Shown: piece after piece, positions 1 through 13,689 of the stretch
Layout of the letters: each line of letters begins with the position of its first letter
Numbering within the stretch: the stretch's first letter is position 1
Source: Dicyema japonicum
Taxonomy: Eukaryota > Animalia > Dicyemida
Direction of reading: 5' to 3'
Assembly: GCA_011109175.1 (NCBI GenBank)
Contig: RDEW01000005.1
Coordinates: forward strand, 372,001 to 436,000
Length of the DNA stretch: 64,000 nucleotides
Notes under the pieces: generated by a model
Seen by the model: only the letters and a program-made list of their open reading frames with translations
Told to the model about the DNA's origin: nothing
Databases searched by the model: none
Made by a program: the position numbers and the translations under genes

Positions 1-170
1 TATGATCTCAAGACTTATTGGTGTACAGCCACACATATTGTACAGTCTTTTCTTGGAGATCTTGGATGGGCAGGACATTCCAGTTATGTTTCTTAGATGA
101 TTCCTGTAAAACGAATATGGCATCTCCAATTCCTTTTTCGAGGTGGCCCAGGTCCCAGAGTTGTTGATTT
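1..170 (-). mobile_element. RTE-clade LINE remnant (C-terminal region), truncated by window edge
   Basis: Clear nucleotide similarity to the RTE copy at about 30320-30470 (gatcttggatgg.caggacattccagttatgtttcttagat). Confidence 0.7.
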
Positions 171-1170
171 TTTAAATAAATTTATTAAGACATTAAGAAA
201 ATCAGCCGAAGCGCTTCTAAACATCCACTTTGACGTGGAATGCAAGCTTCCTACACCTACGTGTCTCAAGTCGGCGCTGGAGATCGGCTTTTCAGCATAT
301 CTGTCATTGCTCTCAAGTGGAATTCTTTTGGTTTAAGATATCCTACGTTTTCTAACCGGACTTTCTTGGGACAGTTTTCGACGAAGCTCGTCGCGAATGG
401 CGTGAAACTGGTTTGGATATGCCGAACGATCCTTCGAGGCAACGCGACTGGGATGAAATCTCCTCCAAGAATATCTTCGACGTGCTAAAGTCTGAGGCCA
501 ATCAGCATCGTCTTGCATGCCTCGTGTCCGCCGCCAACCATGGGAGTGAGCATTGCTGGATGTACGTATTCCTGTGTTCCTCTCTGGGGACCCTTTTGGA
601 CGAAGACTGCATTCGGATTGGGATCGTACAGCACCAATTTCGTTGTGGAGGGATTGTCGATGCCAAAGGGCTGCATCCGCTTTCGTGCAAAAGGAGTGCG
701 GGCAGAGCACCCCGCCACGCTGCTATGAACAACATTGTCATGCTTGCTCTTGAAGTTCAGACTTCCCCGCATTGCTGGAGCCCACGGTATTAGACTGCGG
801 AGACGGGAAAAGGTCGGATGGGTTAACAATCTTTTTGTTCTCTGAGGGAAAATCGTTAGTATGGGACTGGATTGTTTAAATTCTCTTTCTAACCCAATGA
901 TGCTCACTTTAGCGCATTCTGCTGAATCGGCAACCGATCTTGCTGAGTAAATCAAGATAAAAAATTATGATGGAATTGGAGACCGTTTTCTTTTTGTAGC
1001 GATGGCAATCGATACGTCTGGTACTATCACAGCTTTTGTCCTGAAGGAAATCGGGGGGGGATTGGCCCATCGTAAGAAAAAAGTGCAGAAAGCGGTCTGC
1101 AGAGGCAACGAATTGCAGTTGTCCGCGGAAACGCTTACTCCATAATGTCAGCAGCTGCAATTTCCAAAAA
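170..1170 (+). mobile_element. CRE-like non-LTR retrotransposon 3' half (post-RT region plus restriction-like endonuclease), degenerate
   Basis: Frames give KSALEIGFSAYLSLLSS, CGGIVDAKGLHPLSCKRSAGRAPRHAAMNNIV (CCHC knuckle) and DGKRSDGLTIF..EGKSLVWD (PD..D REL motif), with stops and frameshifts. Confidence 0.75.
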
Positions 1171-1541
1171 CTACCCTAACTGCATTTTTCTCATTTTGTT
1201 TTAATATAATAAAATGCAAATCGTCACGGGAAATGCGTTCTCAATTATGAGAGCAGTCAGCAGTTGTTAACTTATTTTTTGCATTAAAAATATAATAAAA
1301 TTGAAAATTTAATTATTTTGCTGTGGTATTATGGAGAAGTATAGAATAACCCCTCGATCCTATTGAAATCTACCAGGATCACTTAATTAAATGGTTAACT
1401 CCTTTCTTGGTGTTCCCTTTTTCGAGGTTGATTAGTCCATTCTCAGAGAAGTTGCAGGCAACTGTGCCATAACTTTGTAACCACGAAAAACGTTTCTTAG
1501 TCAATCTATGTTTTTGCTAGTCAAAGACAAAAATATTTCAT

Positions 1542-2197
1542 TATTTGTGATTCTCGAATAACGTGATCTATCCAAGCCTATAGTGTCTTGACTGGAATAG
1601 TAGGCGGTAGTCTCGAAAATGAAAATTTAATGTTAAATGTTTTTAGATTATTTATTAGCAATCATAACTAATGTTAGTATTGTTAATTTTCTAAATTTCG
1701 TGAGATAACATTTCTTGTCTTTTTCCAGCAATCTTTAGGTTGTAGAAGTAGTCATTCGAAATGTTTCGTTTGCCAGAAAAATAAAATTAAAATTAACTGT
1801 ATGAAAGATCATGGCATTTGTCAAATATGCCGATAATTTCCTCAACGTTGATTACCTTCAATTTAAGTGTATCTACAAGATCAATGTTATGAAGTATGCA
1901 ATGTAGTATTGAAATTGCATCAAGACATTCCAATTGGCTGAATTCCGCAATGAATGCAAAACATATTATTGTTACTACAAAATAATATTTATATAATATA
2001 CCAAATAGTAAATGCTGCATCGTTTCTCCAATCATTCCACATATTTATAGTCCATCGTCTTGATTTAGTGACAGTAAACTACTATTTATATTATTATTTT
2101 CTTTTATATTTATTTTTAGCAAATACCAATTAATAGTCAATTAATAAATCTTTTAAGGTCAAGCTAATAACATTAAATAAATTTAACCAAAAATTAA
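1542..2197. repeat. About 655-bp dispersed direct repeat, copy 1 (copy 2 at about 19287-19956), carrying a minus-strand 80-aa ORF at 1793-2035
   Basis: Near-identical sequence; the two ORF translations differ by one residue (EEIIG vs EEVIG). Confidence 0.9.
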
Positions 2198-2479
2198 AGT
2201 ATTAAATCTGCAAATTAAAGGTATTAAAGAACCCTTAAAGAAAAAAATATAAGCTTAGGAGGACAGTTTGATTTCAAACCGATGAAGCCAAAAGAGTGCG
2301 TTCACTTTTACGATTTTATGTAAATGTGCTAAATAGGCCATCCGTATTTTCAGTTGTCTCTCCCAGATGACAAGTATAAAAAGCGATTTGATTCTTAGAA
2401 TCTTTATTTTGACTTTAAAACACGATTTTATTAAACACTATTTTTACTCGGGTACCTGCCCTCGTGGTTCCTATCCTCA

Positions 2480-3800
2480 AATGAGAGTTTTATGCCAAAC
2501 ACTGTCAAAAGTTTAGAAATATCTAGGCATAACAAGTTCACCTGCCTTCAACTATCAATGACCTTCTGAATTTCTAAATTTAGATGGTAAAAACAGTCTG
2601 CACATGACCTTCCAGGACGAAGGTCCAATTGGGAAGGGGGCAAAAAATTAGTTTCTTCAATATGCTGACATAGACGCTTGAATATAATCTCTCGATGATC
2701 TTCCAAGTAGAACACACCAGACTGATTGACTATAGCCCATCCTCACTATAGACCTCTTCATAAGAGTGGGATAAAATCAATCTTGAGACTCATTAAACAA
2801 TCATTAGCGAACAAAAAGCTTCCGGTCTTCCTTGAACATCTTCATGCCAATCGAGTCAAATCCCGGTGCGTTGGACTTGCATTTTTAATAGCCATCTTGA
2901 TCTCCCTCATGATGATATCCTCCTAAACAGTCATGAGTCCGCCCAAAAAATAATTAATAAGTTCAAAGGAATCCTTTTTTCGATCGTCAGGAATCAAGCT
3001 ATGGGCTCGATTACCTGGATATTTTCCAGTTGATTCTTAAATACTTATGAATATTCTCTAATGAGTAAGTGACCCCATCTGGATTATTCAGAGAATCTCG
3101 CTTGTTTCTGTCCTGGGACAAGTAAGCTTCTTGTAAATTTTCCAAAAGGATGTTTTTGACGTCCACTTTAATTGTTCGTTTCTCCATCTCTGTGCCACTA
3201 ACATCTTCCATTTCTTTTCTGTCACCTTCGTTTTTATCTTACAACCGCATATCTTTAGATTGATATATTTGAAATTCTGGTAGACAACCTGTTCTAGTCG
3301 TTCGGTTCTAAGCATATAAATTTTACTCATTCTTCTTTTTTATGTGAATTTTGTTTTGTCTCCCAAGTAGATCTGATGAATTTTCTATTAGATGTCCCAA
3401 GAACGCTTGCTTCTAAAATTAGGTTAGTCTTTCCTATATAAATCACTTCTATCCTCCGTATATCGTTCTGAGTTTTTTCATTGCTGCTTCTAATTATATT
3501 GATAATGGTAGATGGGAGAGTAATTCTCTTAGATAAGTAGTCGTATTCAAAATTTTCTTGAGTAGGTCTTTCATACTCTCACAAAGAATTCTTCATTGGA
3601 GACTAAAATTCTCATCATTCTTATACGACTTATCCAGAAATTGTTCCAGTACCTCCATTATGGCCATTAATCATGTCAAAAGATCTTGGTAATTTTATTC
3701 CCAGAATGTTAGCAACACACCTTGATTTGTGACTCAAGACTACTTTAGCTGTAGATTTTTAAGGAAAACGTACCATTAACTAGCATTTTATTTTATCATA
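2480..3800 (-). mobile_element. Highly degenerate LINE (jockey/I-like) reverse transcriptase region
   Basis: Minus frames give EIKMAIK..KSNAPGFDSIG and ISLVCSTWKIIERL, typical of the RT N-terminus; many stops. Confidence 0.5.
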
Positions 3801-3959
3801 TTGTCAAGCCCATACTTCAACAATAATTGGGTAATGTACGATGGATGATCACCCTACTGATGGTCCAGGACAGTGACCGCAAATAGTAAAAAAATTTAAC
3901 AATAAAAAAAATTTATTAAATAAAATATACAACCATGATTCTTTTCACAATATTTATTT

Positions 3960-4190
3960 TGGAGGCAACGAGAGTATTCGAGAACTCTAAAAGAAGAAAA
4001 TAAAATAACCCCTCCACTAGATTCCATGTGCAGCCAATCGTCCTCGAGATGAGTGGAATCTTTGGGGCAAGACTGTCTTTTTTCTGGTCAATCACATCGA
4101 AAGTGACAAATGAGCGTCGGGAAATCGAATGGCTGTTCCAATGGATCTCTGACAGTTGTCAGGGGACATCCAATCCATTCTTTCGGCTGG
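3960..4190 (+). mobile_element. CRE-like element 3' tail
   Basis: FHVQPIVLEMSGIFG...TNERREIEWLFQWIS resembles the CRE C-terminal F.PIA.ET.G...RE..WL.QRIS motif. Confidence 0.6.
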
Positions 4191-4337
4191 ATTTATTTGA
4201 TTGTTTGTTACGTAAGAAATTGTTTTTGCGAAATAAATTAATTAACAATAAAAAAATTAATTTAAATTTATTTTGTTAAAATATTCAAAAAATAAGTAAT
4301 GTTGAACAACACTTCAAAAAATCTGTACAAAATGATG

Positions 4338-5440
4338 TTAAAGTGGAATCAGTTTCACCAGAAAAGCATTTGTTTTACCAAGGGAAAGATGATAACAACG
4401 CACGGGACTAAATAAAGTTGAAGAAATTATAGCATCTTTCCAGTCAATATTACACAAAATGACAGCCCTCCCACTCTCGCGTAAAACGTCATGAGCCATC
4501 TGCAAAAATCTTTCTAGAAATTCACTGGGAGTTAATTTGTCCGGGATTTCAAAATTTAAACCGAATGGGAGATCACATAAAATAACGTCAACAGACTTTG
4601 CCACCAACGGGAATCTAAGAACATCCCAAGCAACAAAATCAGGAGACATTTGGTATCCTAAGGCGGTGGATGCTTCAGTAAGAACCGCTTTATTTGAATC
4701 TCCACCAATCAGGAAAACTGAATATGGAAGGGTCGTAGAAGATTCAAAAAGGATAGATCCAAGTCCACACATTGGATCAATGCAGATATCTCCCTTACTA
4801 ATATCAGCCAGTATGGCCATAGCAGAACAAACAGTAGAGCGGAGCCCCTGTTTTCTCGGACGTTCAGCAAATGAAGGACTGAAATTGTGAATCCCTATAA
4901 GCAAGTGATGGTCGTTATATTGGACGAATACTTCGATTTGAGGGTTTCTCAATTCCACCTTCCAGCCAAGATCCACCAAAAACCGAGATATAATTCGACT
5001 GGCAGTCTAACACCCTAATAATTAGCAATAACCCTTAAATTTATATAACTTCTGAACTGGGATTGGCATTTAAATGAAATTCTAAAGCTTGTGGCGTCTG
5101 TGGAAAATAAATTTGCATATTTCCGCCACGTCTCAGGTAATACACGTTTTACTTTGTTCGTGAGTTGTCGTTTCCCTTGAAATTAATATAAACATAACAA
5201 TTGCAAAATGACAGATTTGTTTGAGTGTCGTATAAAATTGCTCCAAAAAGTCTCTCGAATACTTTAATTTTTTTGTACATAATGTACGGGGATAAGGCAG
5301 ACGAGAAAAAAACTTTTCCCTTTATGAAGTCTAACTAAATTTTTATTTAATATCGAAACATCATAAGCGCCTAATTTATTTGATATCTCTTCTACAGAAA
5401 TTTCCTCAAGACCTGCACTAACGGTAATAAAGTAGCGCAT
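4338..5440 (-). CDS. THUMPD2: THUMP domain-containing protein 2 (U6 snRNA m2G methyltransferase), 4 exons, about 342 aa
   Basis: Exons 5440-5360, 5334-5199, 5175-5033, 5006-4338 joined by 25/23/26-nt GT-AG introns give an open frame: MRYFITVSAGLE...GKVFF...FERLF...GWKVELRNPQIEVFV...GLRSTV..AMAILADI..DPMCGLG...DLPFG...LSLGKTNAF, matching recalled THUMPD2 motifs. Confidence 0.85.
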
Positions 5441-5639
5441 TTAATTTTAAATAATAATGATAAATCAAAAATTATAAAATTAAATAAAATCGGGTTTATA
5501 AAAAAATAAATATAAATTGGTCCGACTCTTGTTGATTCTGTGGCTCTTGAACACTATGTGTGGAAAACGCGGAATTCATGGACTAGACTTCTCCCATGAA
5601 CTTTTAATACCACGTGGCTTTCCAGTACTTAAAGAGATG

Positions 5640-6420
5640 TTAACTTTATGAGGACCTCTCAAGATACAAAATATCTCTCGGATGCCTTCAATAGACAAAT
5701 TTCACCAACCGGATAGAAGCACAACAAGAAGAGTTCAGACTAATCTTCCTGTCAGATCCAGACACTATGGACTGGGATTTGCTGTAAGGAATGGCTTAGT
5801 CCCGATAATTTACCATTATTTTATAATAAAAAACAGAATTGTGATACTAAAAATAAAATTGGACAGTTTTAACTCCACCAAGATTTACCTAACCATCATA
5901 AACACATATGCTCTTCCACAACGGACGGTAAAGGACCTGAGGAGGTCGAAGACCTATATATAATCAGTCGGCTGTCTACGCTGAACTTGCACATTCATCA
6001 TTAATAATGATGTGGGAGACCTAAACGCGAAAGTGGGTGCTCGGGTTACCACCGAAGAAACATTAATTGGAAGACACGGCAGAGGAAGAAGCCTGTCGGA
6101 CCCTACTAGCTAACTTACGCCAGGTAAACAATCTATTCATCCGGCAGACACAAGACAACTTGGTCATATTTCAATCATTTTTGGTCATATTTGTGGTTTC
6201 CTTACTCATGACTGTTACCTTACCATAGATTTCTTGGACATATACTTCGTCTGGACTTGGGACCCTTGTGAACAATCATGGAGGACTACTTTGTTTTGGT
6301 CGATCGAGGAGAACTTTCATGTAGCGCCAAGTGCCAGGGTTGAACGAAAAGGTGACCAGTACTACCGCTATTCTACATGGCCAAATTCTACCAATATTGA
6401 TCTTTGCAGGCAGTGTTAAA
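5640..6420 (+). mobile_element. RTE LINE relic: APE endonuclease N-terminus joined to the C-terminal tail (internal deletion)
   Basis: DLSRYKISLGCLQ, HYGLGFAV, LTIINTYA and GDLNAKVG, followed within about 150 bp by GHILRL..TIMEDYF (RTE tail). Confidence 0.65.
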
Positions 6421-6429
6421 TGAATTTAT

Positions 6430-7560
6430 TACAAAAACTATAAGAAAAAACAAGAACTGATACCTTCAACTTTGATCGATATTTCTACATTAAACTCACT
6501 CAAGTAAGTGATCAGTGGCAAACAAGGTAACGAACACGCTGGCCGTTTATACGAATCATTGATTCTAGAGGTACTGGTGACGGGCGTTTCTTTTGTGATC
6601 AGCTGTTTCGTCATTCAATACACTCTTTATTGGATAACTTTGATCTTCTCGACAGTTTGTTCAGGATTTTGATTGACTCAATGAGGCCATAACTCGATAA
6701 CCTTTTGTATATTGATTCTATAAGAGGTTTTCTGATCTTTTATGGAGAGAAGTTGTTCAGTAGAAAGTCTTCTCTCATTTTGGTAATACATTATCGACGT
6801 GCCACAAGAAGCACATGTGCGTATAGAAGGTTACGCATATAATTTTTGTGTTTACCTTCGATTGGCTGTTTTTTGCCCAGTCTCTTGTCCGACGTGAAAA
6901 GTGAGTTGATGGAGTTTTCTCTCACTTAGTTGATTGTCTCTAAACCAAATTTGTCTTTAGTCTTTGTTGCATTCTTGTGGTGGCTGCATGAATGTCTTGG
7001 TCGACTGAAGCCAGAACGATATCATTGGAGAAACAACGAGGATATCATTTTCAGTTCCCGGTTTAGAAAGGTCAGCCGAGAATCAGTTAACTGTAATGAG
7101 GGTAGCATTGATTTCCTGGTCGACATTATTTGGGAGAAACTGAGTTGATTTTAATTTGTCAATGCAGATACATCCCTTAGACCGCTATGTTTAATAATCT
7201 GAGTTTGAAATTTCTATTGATTCCCGCTTGAAAAAATCACAAAGTGAGATTCTTTCTTTGGACTGAGTCGAATATCACGTGGATATCGCTAAAAAAGAAC
7301 ACATTTTTCAAGTTTCTGAGAGAACAGATGGAATAAGTTAGGGAGGCAATATGAATGATGTCAACCATTTTCCTAAAGACAATGATGAATTAACATATTG
7401 TGAAGGATTTATTTGATTTTTAAAAGGATTAGCATCCCATGAGCATTGGAAGTCGAACAAAAAAGCGAGACAGGCTTATATTAAGGCTATATTTTCGGTT
7501 TTCTTATTTTCAGAATTTGATGGATGCGTTAAGTTTCTATAATTTTTGTTAATGGTTGTA
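6430..7560 (-). mobile_element. jockey/I-like LINE RT and 3' region, degenerate
   Basis: Minus frames: SDIHVIFDSVQRK, LPNNVDQ, DIVLASVDQD and SLFTSDKRLGKK; same family as 16885-17545 and 21130-21465. Confidence 0.65.
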
Positions 7561-8432
7561 GATTTTTGTCAAGGTTAATATTTCCTGTTTACCATAATTT
7601 TTAGAGGTATTATTATTAGGGAAATATGACCCAACACTTACCCGTGTCGTTTTCAATTTGACTCAAAATGAGGATTTCCGTTTTCTTAAGCTTTTTGAGG
7701 GCGAATATACAGTAATATTTTTTCAAGTTGTACGGAGCGGTTAATACAGGTTAATACACCTGGGGTTAAAACTACCAAAATAGAGATTTCCCAGGCATCT
7801 TTCAGTAAATGTACTCAAGTGTACTCAGTTGGGAAATTTTTATTTGTAATACCACGATTTATCCCCCAAACGGAAATGACACTCTTGATCGTTAATAGTA
7901 TAAGGTTATAATCACTTCCAGTGTCGTAAATGATTGATCACAGGAGGAGGAATATAGTGGCACGTCTTGTGAGGTTAGTTGATCTGTCAAATATTCTTGT
8001 GTTTTTGAGAGAAAATTGATGATCGTCAGTGAAATGATTGATAAAAATGAGGGTATTTTGTAATTATGTCCCCGTGCATATAATTTCATCAAAGTCAAAT
8101 AGATTACTGTTCACGATGCATATTTTGTTCGTTTGTGGTTCCAATGTATATTTTTATACTCAACGAATTTGTCATCAACTTGATGTATTCTTTCTGATTA
8201 GAGGAACCTATTTAACGTTTCTCTAATTAGAGGTTCCTTGTTGTTGTGTTAGACAAAGAGAATTGTATCACAGGTAGCGAATAGTCTCCCCGTGGAACAG
8301 GGCAAATGGTTTTTTGAAGTTCTTTAAGTGAACTATAACCGCATCCGGAACTGACAATACTTGTCAACCAAGGATGCCACGTTAAAATAATGAGATCTCA
8401 GTCATGCAATATTTGATTTATGATCACTAAAA

Positions 8433-8550
8433 CTATTTTTTGACTTTATGAAAAATTTATTTACAATTTTTTTAAATATGAAAAAAACTAATCAAAAACT
8501 TTATTAAAATATAAAATAATTAAAAATGTTTTCAGGTTAAAACTTGGGTC
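8433..8550. repeat. About 120-bp AT-rich dispersed repeat (second copy about 24445-24560)
   Basis: Shared ttttgactttatga.aaattta...aaaaaactaatcaaaa.cttt.ttaaaata...gttttcagg.ttaaaa. Confidence 0.5.
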
Positions 8551-8739
8551 TTTTATAATAACAGTCAGAGTTTTTTCAATGACCTTCCTGATTTGAATGC
8601 GGCGTAACAGTCGATGACACGTTAGTATTTTATTCAAATCAAAGATCCTAATAAAAATATGCAGATATTGCTTTTAAAATTTCTAAATAAAAAATTGACT
8701 GGCAGTTGTAACGTCAACAATAGGGATATTCAAAAATGA

Positions 8740-9345
8740 ATAACTTTAGCTACCGAGCCTGGATAAGACGTTAAAGCAAACAGTCGAGTCACTACTGAAT
8801 TTACGTTTTGACGAGCTGAATTTGACAAAATCCAAACTTGTTTCTAGCTTCGGAGGAGCTGGCATAAGATCAGCTTACAGATCACCCTTCCGGCATACAT
8901 ATCGTCGCTTTCGAGCCAAAATCATCTCGTCCGTTTTATATCCAACCTCCCCCTAAATCCCTCATTTTGTCCTTCCACATATATAGAGGGACGGTGATCT
9001 GATAGATAATGTTCCCTTTTTGTATCCCAGTCCCTGACATTAAGTGATGATCATATTATCAATATGTAATAGTGAGCCATCATTGAAACTGGTCCACAGT
9101 CAGTGTTCGGGCACTTTTGTCTCAGTAAGGTGATTTCTCCATCATTGCCAACCTTGTAAAATTTGAGGGCTGCCAATGGGACCTTTTTGCGCACGTGCTT
9201 TATTTTCTTGGGGATTGTGTGTTATTTGGACTTTTTTCTTCTTTCCACCCAAAAGTGGCACAAATTGCTGCAAAGTCGAGAATTCCTTGATCCCACATCG
9301 TCCAATTGGAGACTCGTAGTCTAATGTCAGGCCGTTGTAGCTCAA
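8740..9345 (-). mobile_element. Possible LINE APE endonuclease remnant
   Basis: SPIGRCG and LSDHRP-like motifs in minus frames; heavily degraded. Confidence 0.35.
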
Positions 9346-9529
9346 GCACGTGGTATCACAAGGAACCCCTGATAATTAGAATAAAAAACTTAACCAATTT
9401 TTATGGAGATTTGCTTGAGTAATCTAAATTGCAATATTAATTCTCACGTCGCAGCAGAGAGATTTTCCAGTAGGAGTTTTGACGAATATTTGCATAAAGC
9501 TCACACTAGAGATCAAACATAACGTGAAA

Positions 9530-11180
9530 ATTCAAACACAATTGAATAAATTTAAAATTATTTTTATAATTTTCCGTAAGTGTGTTTTCATGTTGAAGCC
9601 GTCAGTAATAAACTGGGAGATAGAACCCAAATGAGTCGTTGTAGAACGGTCTGCCCTAAAACCATGTTGGAACTCTGGTAGATGTAGAAAAGAATAGATG
9701 CGCATTAACACAAGCTTTTCCAGTACTTTTGATAAAACACAAGTTATTGAGATGGTAAGAATAGGGAACGTCTTTTGGTTTATGGGCTTTAGGATTGGCG
9801 TAATCAGGGAGTTTTTCCATATATTAGGTAACGTATGGTAGTTGATAGAGTCGTTGTACAGTCTTGATAGTATGGCCCGTGCCTGAGGTCCAAGATGTTT
9901 GAGGTGAATAGTGCAAATACCGTCGGGACCACAAGCACGAGTGGGACGTAGCAATTTAATAGCTTTTTCAACATCATCGGGAGTGAAGAAGGTGGAATAT
10001 GGTTCTTGTTGAGGGCGGCGCCGTTCAACAAGTGTAGAACAAGAAAAACTTTATGGCTGATCGATACGTAGTACTTCATAATCTTGTTTGCGAGTTTGCG
10101 TGCGGGTTCCGAAGCGTTGCGGGCAACGGCCTCAGCTCCGCGGTCCTCCTCATTGATAAGGCTATTGATCCTTTTAGTGTTTTCCAAAATGTGGCACAAG
10201 AGTTTTTGTGACATAGTCGTCCAACTAGGCGGCTCCATTTGAGTCTGTTGTTAGTTCGGATATTTGGTATTCAGTGAACTATATGGAGTAGAAGGAGTTA
10301 TTTGTCTGTGTTCTATTCCTCTTCAGCGCATCTCGTTTTTGATGAGTGACACTATTTGTGATGATAATCTTGGATTGAACTTCTTGTAAGAGGCGCTAAA
10401 TATAAATAGTTTATCAGCTTTTAGAATGATAGCGGACATAATCTTGGCCGTCTCCTCTACTGTGCAAGTAATCATAGTAAGGTCAAGGAGACTATTGTCC
10501 ACATTCGTCCTGAAACCTTGCCACTCGGCTTTCAAGTAATTTTTGAACTTTGTAGAACAACACGGTAAACAAATAGGCCTTCTAAGTCTCAACACAATGG
10601 AGTTATGGTCGCTTGAGAAACCATAACGAACATTCCATGAAATTCATCCAGCCATAGAGGGAGAGCAGAGGGACAGGTCCGGGGATGTTGGACTGTCCCT
10701 TCTGCGGGACGGGGTCCTTGTGTGGGTGTCCGGATCATTAAGGATAGTCAGATCATTGAGCAGGAAAGGATGTATTCGCCGCGACTGTCGGCTGATTGAT
10801 TACGGAGCCAGAGTGGATATTTCGCGTTTAGGTCTCCGCATAGTAGCTGATCATTTGTCCACACAGGCTCAATAGGTTGAAGATGTAGGAAGTACTACAT
10901 GACCCCTGAGGCGGGATATAGACATTACACAGTGTAAAACATCTCGTCGAAGAAAAGGGAACTTCAATAGAAATCTGTTCCAGAATAAGATCCCCTTCTC
11001 AGAGAGAAGATACAGAATGGGTGACATCCGTGAATTTAAGTCCATCCTTAACGATAGTAATAATCCGCCTCCGAGACGTCTTGTTCGGTCCAAATTATTA
11101 ATTAGTTCTACCACGTGGATTAGAATACTGATGATTTTAAGTGGTAAAATAAGTATTTTATGACATAGTACCTTCATTGT
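9530..11180 (-). mobile_element. jockey/I-like LINE: APE endonuclease plus RT N-half, frameshifted and 3'-truncated
   Basis: RTRRLGGGLL and SDHNSIV (APE); ACGPDGI..IWKNSLITPILKP..LSKVLEKLV..FQHGFRADRST (RT). Confidence 0.85.
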
Positions 11181-11569
11181 TAGTTATTCGTAATGCCTCA
11201 GCATCAATTTTTTCGTGTTTATTAATAAATGTCCTACGAGCATGCCTTTTGTGGCTTTTTATTTTTAGGGAATGTTTGTTCTGTCTGCAATACCCAGTCT
11301 TTCCGTGTAAATGTACGGTTCCATAGCTATTCCCTTTAGTATGATCTTTGATAATAATTGCGACAGGATTTGTTAACCAAACGGTAGTTAAGGTGGTGAT
11401 GTACGTTACTTCTTTCTTGACTCGGGGATGTCAGAGGTAAATGTCTGATGTACGTACATCCGGATTTGAATTCTGTCTGTTCAATATTGAAGGAACTTAA
11501 AGGATCATCTGTGAAGGTGCACGCATGTTACTAATAACAATGTCGTTAAACTGAATAACAAATCAATAA

Positions 11570-11900
11570 ATCCAATGACATATTACAACCTTATGACAAA
11601 CGACGAGCTCTACAGAATTTCTCAAACAACACAGATTGGGAATAAAGTGACTTTGGCGAAATGGAAGCTCGTTGGACATATTATAAGAGCTTCGGAAATG
11701 GCACCGGCCAATCAGGCCATGTAATCATACTTCTTTGTATTAAACAAAACAACGTATCGAGATCGACAAAAAACGTTGCCGTCGACGCTCGACAAAGAAC
11801 TCACTTGCATGGGAAGAAAACTGAAAACAGGAGAGGAACTGGATAATCAATTCGTTTGCATGAAACAGGGCAGGATGGAAACGCCTTACAGCGCGTATCT
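11570..11900 (+). mobile_element. RTE LINE 3' tail
   Basis: KWKLVGHIIRASEMAPANQAM, homologous to the tails at 56931 and 63100. Confidence 0.6.
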
Positions 11901-11929
11901 AGAGATGCATGGCAAAAGTGGAATCTCAA

Positions 11930-12090
11930 ATTAGTTAACTTTTCTGGTTCCGCGGACATTGCTATTTACAGCATTGTAGAATGCCCAGCTACTTCAATTG
12001 CAGTGGAACAAACTTTTTCCCGATTGAAAAAAACAGATGTTTTAAAGATTGAAATATTTTTCAATTATAATTTCTCTAAAAATGGATAGT
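11930..12090 (+). mobile_element. hAT transposase C-terminal dimerisation fragment
   Basis: CPATSIAVEQTFSRLK resembles the hAT PATS..VER.FS motif. Confidence 0.4.
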
Positions 12091-12179
12091 TTTAGTTAAT
12101 TTCCATATAAATTGTCCTAAAATTATTACTTAGATTGGTTATTTTCAAAATAATTTAGGAGGCTTGGAAGGGTTACCTG

Positions 12180-13480
12180 GCAATATTAAGGACCTTACGT
12201 CCACTTCACCTTGGAAGTTGGACGCTGTTTTGTCATTACGGACCTAATCAGAAAAATAGTTATCGGCAACATCTCAGAATATGCCAGATAATTGCTCTTT
12301 TTCGCAAGGTTTCTTGCTTTTAAAAAACTAAATGGGGGAATCCTTCCCATAGCGGTCGGGAACTGATTCAGAAGAGTTGCCGCAAAGGTAGCATCGACCC
12401 TGGTTAGCAGACAACTTGGAGAGGAGTTTATTCCTAAACAAATAGGTGTTTGTATCCAGAATTGTTGTGAGGCTGCTTTCATGCAGCAAGGCGTTTTTTC
12501 ACAGAGAAATATTTCACATAAATGCATTGGAATCAGGTTGGACATAACGAATGCATTCAATTCTCTCAGAAGAAATAAAATTATGAAAACATTTGGTAAA
12601 GATTTTCCCTCTTTTCAAATTCGGCGGAGGTTGCACCCGGCATATCTATCGTCTTTTTCAATTTGGCACGGCAAGTCCTTCTTCACACTATTGGACTTTG
12701 CTGGAATGAGTCATTTGACGAAGCTTGTCGGAAATGGAACGGGTCAGGACTCAAAATCCCCGAAGACACAACAAAGCAACGTAATTGAGAAATTTGGAAG
12801 CAAATAAACATCGTCTGGCTTGTTTGGTGTCAGTTTAAAGTGGAGGGAGTAAGCATGGCTTGGTGCAATACCTTGCCCAATCCTAGGGACTCTTTTGGAA
12901 GACGAATATTTGAGGATTGGAATCGAACAAAGGCTAGGACTAGACGTTTGCCAGGAGAACCGATGCTGATGCGGAAAAATAGTCAATGCGGAAAGATTGC
13001 ACCCGCTGTCCTGCAGAAGAAGCGCCGAAAGAGGACCAGGTTACGCTGCTCTGAACGCTGCTTCCTATCACAGCATGAATCAGTGGGTTTCGATTGAGGA
13101 CATGGAAAGAGACTTGAAGGAATGACCCTTTTTTCTTACATATCCGGAAGATCTTTGGTCTGGGATGCAACTTGTGTTGACATAAATTCAAGAATGAATT
13201 TTTTTCAGATCGGTTCAGACACCTGGAGCTGCTGCTTCAACTGCAGAAAACCTAAAAATCAAGAAATATTCTTGCTTCGGGGACCGGTACAGATTTACTC
13301 TTGTTGCAATTGAGTCATCAGGAGCCGTTGTCCAATGACGGCTGAGTTATTGCGTGAACTTGGAGGAATGCTTGCCAGAAAGAAAAAGGATCAACGAGAA
13401 AGGTTCTGGCTAAGACAAATGATTGAAAAGGCCATACTCAGAGTAAACTCGTTTTGCGATCCACACAGCCGGCTTCCTCA
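12180..13480 (+). mobile_element. CRE-like non-LTR retrotransposon (RT N-part plus REL), degenerate and internally deleted
   Basis: KKLNGGILPIAVGN.FRRVAAK, QIGVCIQNCCEAA, RLDITNAFNSLRR, then GRSLVWDATC and the ERFWLRQ tail. Confidence 0.8.
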
Positions 13481-13689
13481 ACTAACATTTGTTTCTTTGT
13501 TGAAAAAAGAATAATTTAATGCCAAGATTAAGTATTTTCGATATTTTGTTCACAGAAAACGCGAAAAATACAAAATAATTTGAAAATTAAAAATAATAAT
13601 AAAATTGTCTATTTTTTCTTAAGATGTCAAATTTGTACTTTTTTATTTAAAATGTCCTTAAAAATGTCCTATTATTTCCGCGCTAGTAA

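Noticed and set aside
333-955. Long minus-strand ORFs (333-710, 485-955); likewise 4537-4890, 21120-21401 and 44141-44446
   Set aside because: Antisense shadows of a CRE element, THUMPD2, an RT fragment and ATP8B respectively; no independent motifs.
7600-8410. Possible second paralog of the 23203 orphan on the minus strand
   Set aside because: Only 3-4-residue matches (WNH, NSNL), and no splice model gives a continuous frame.
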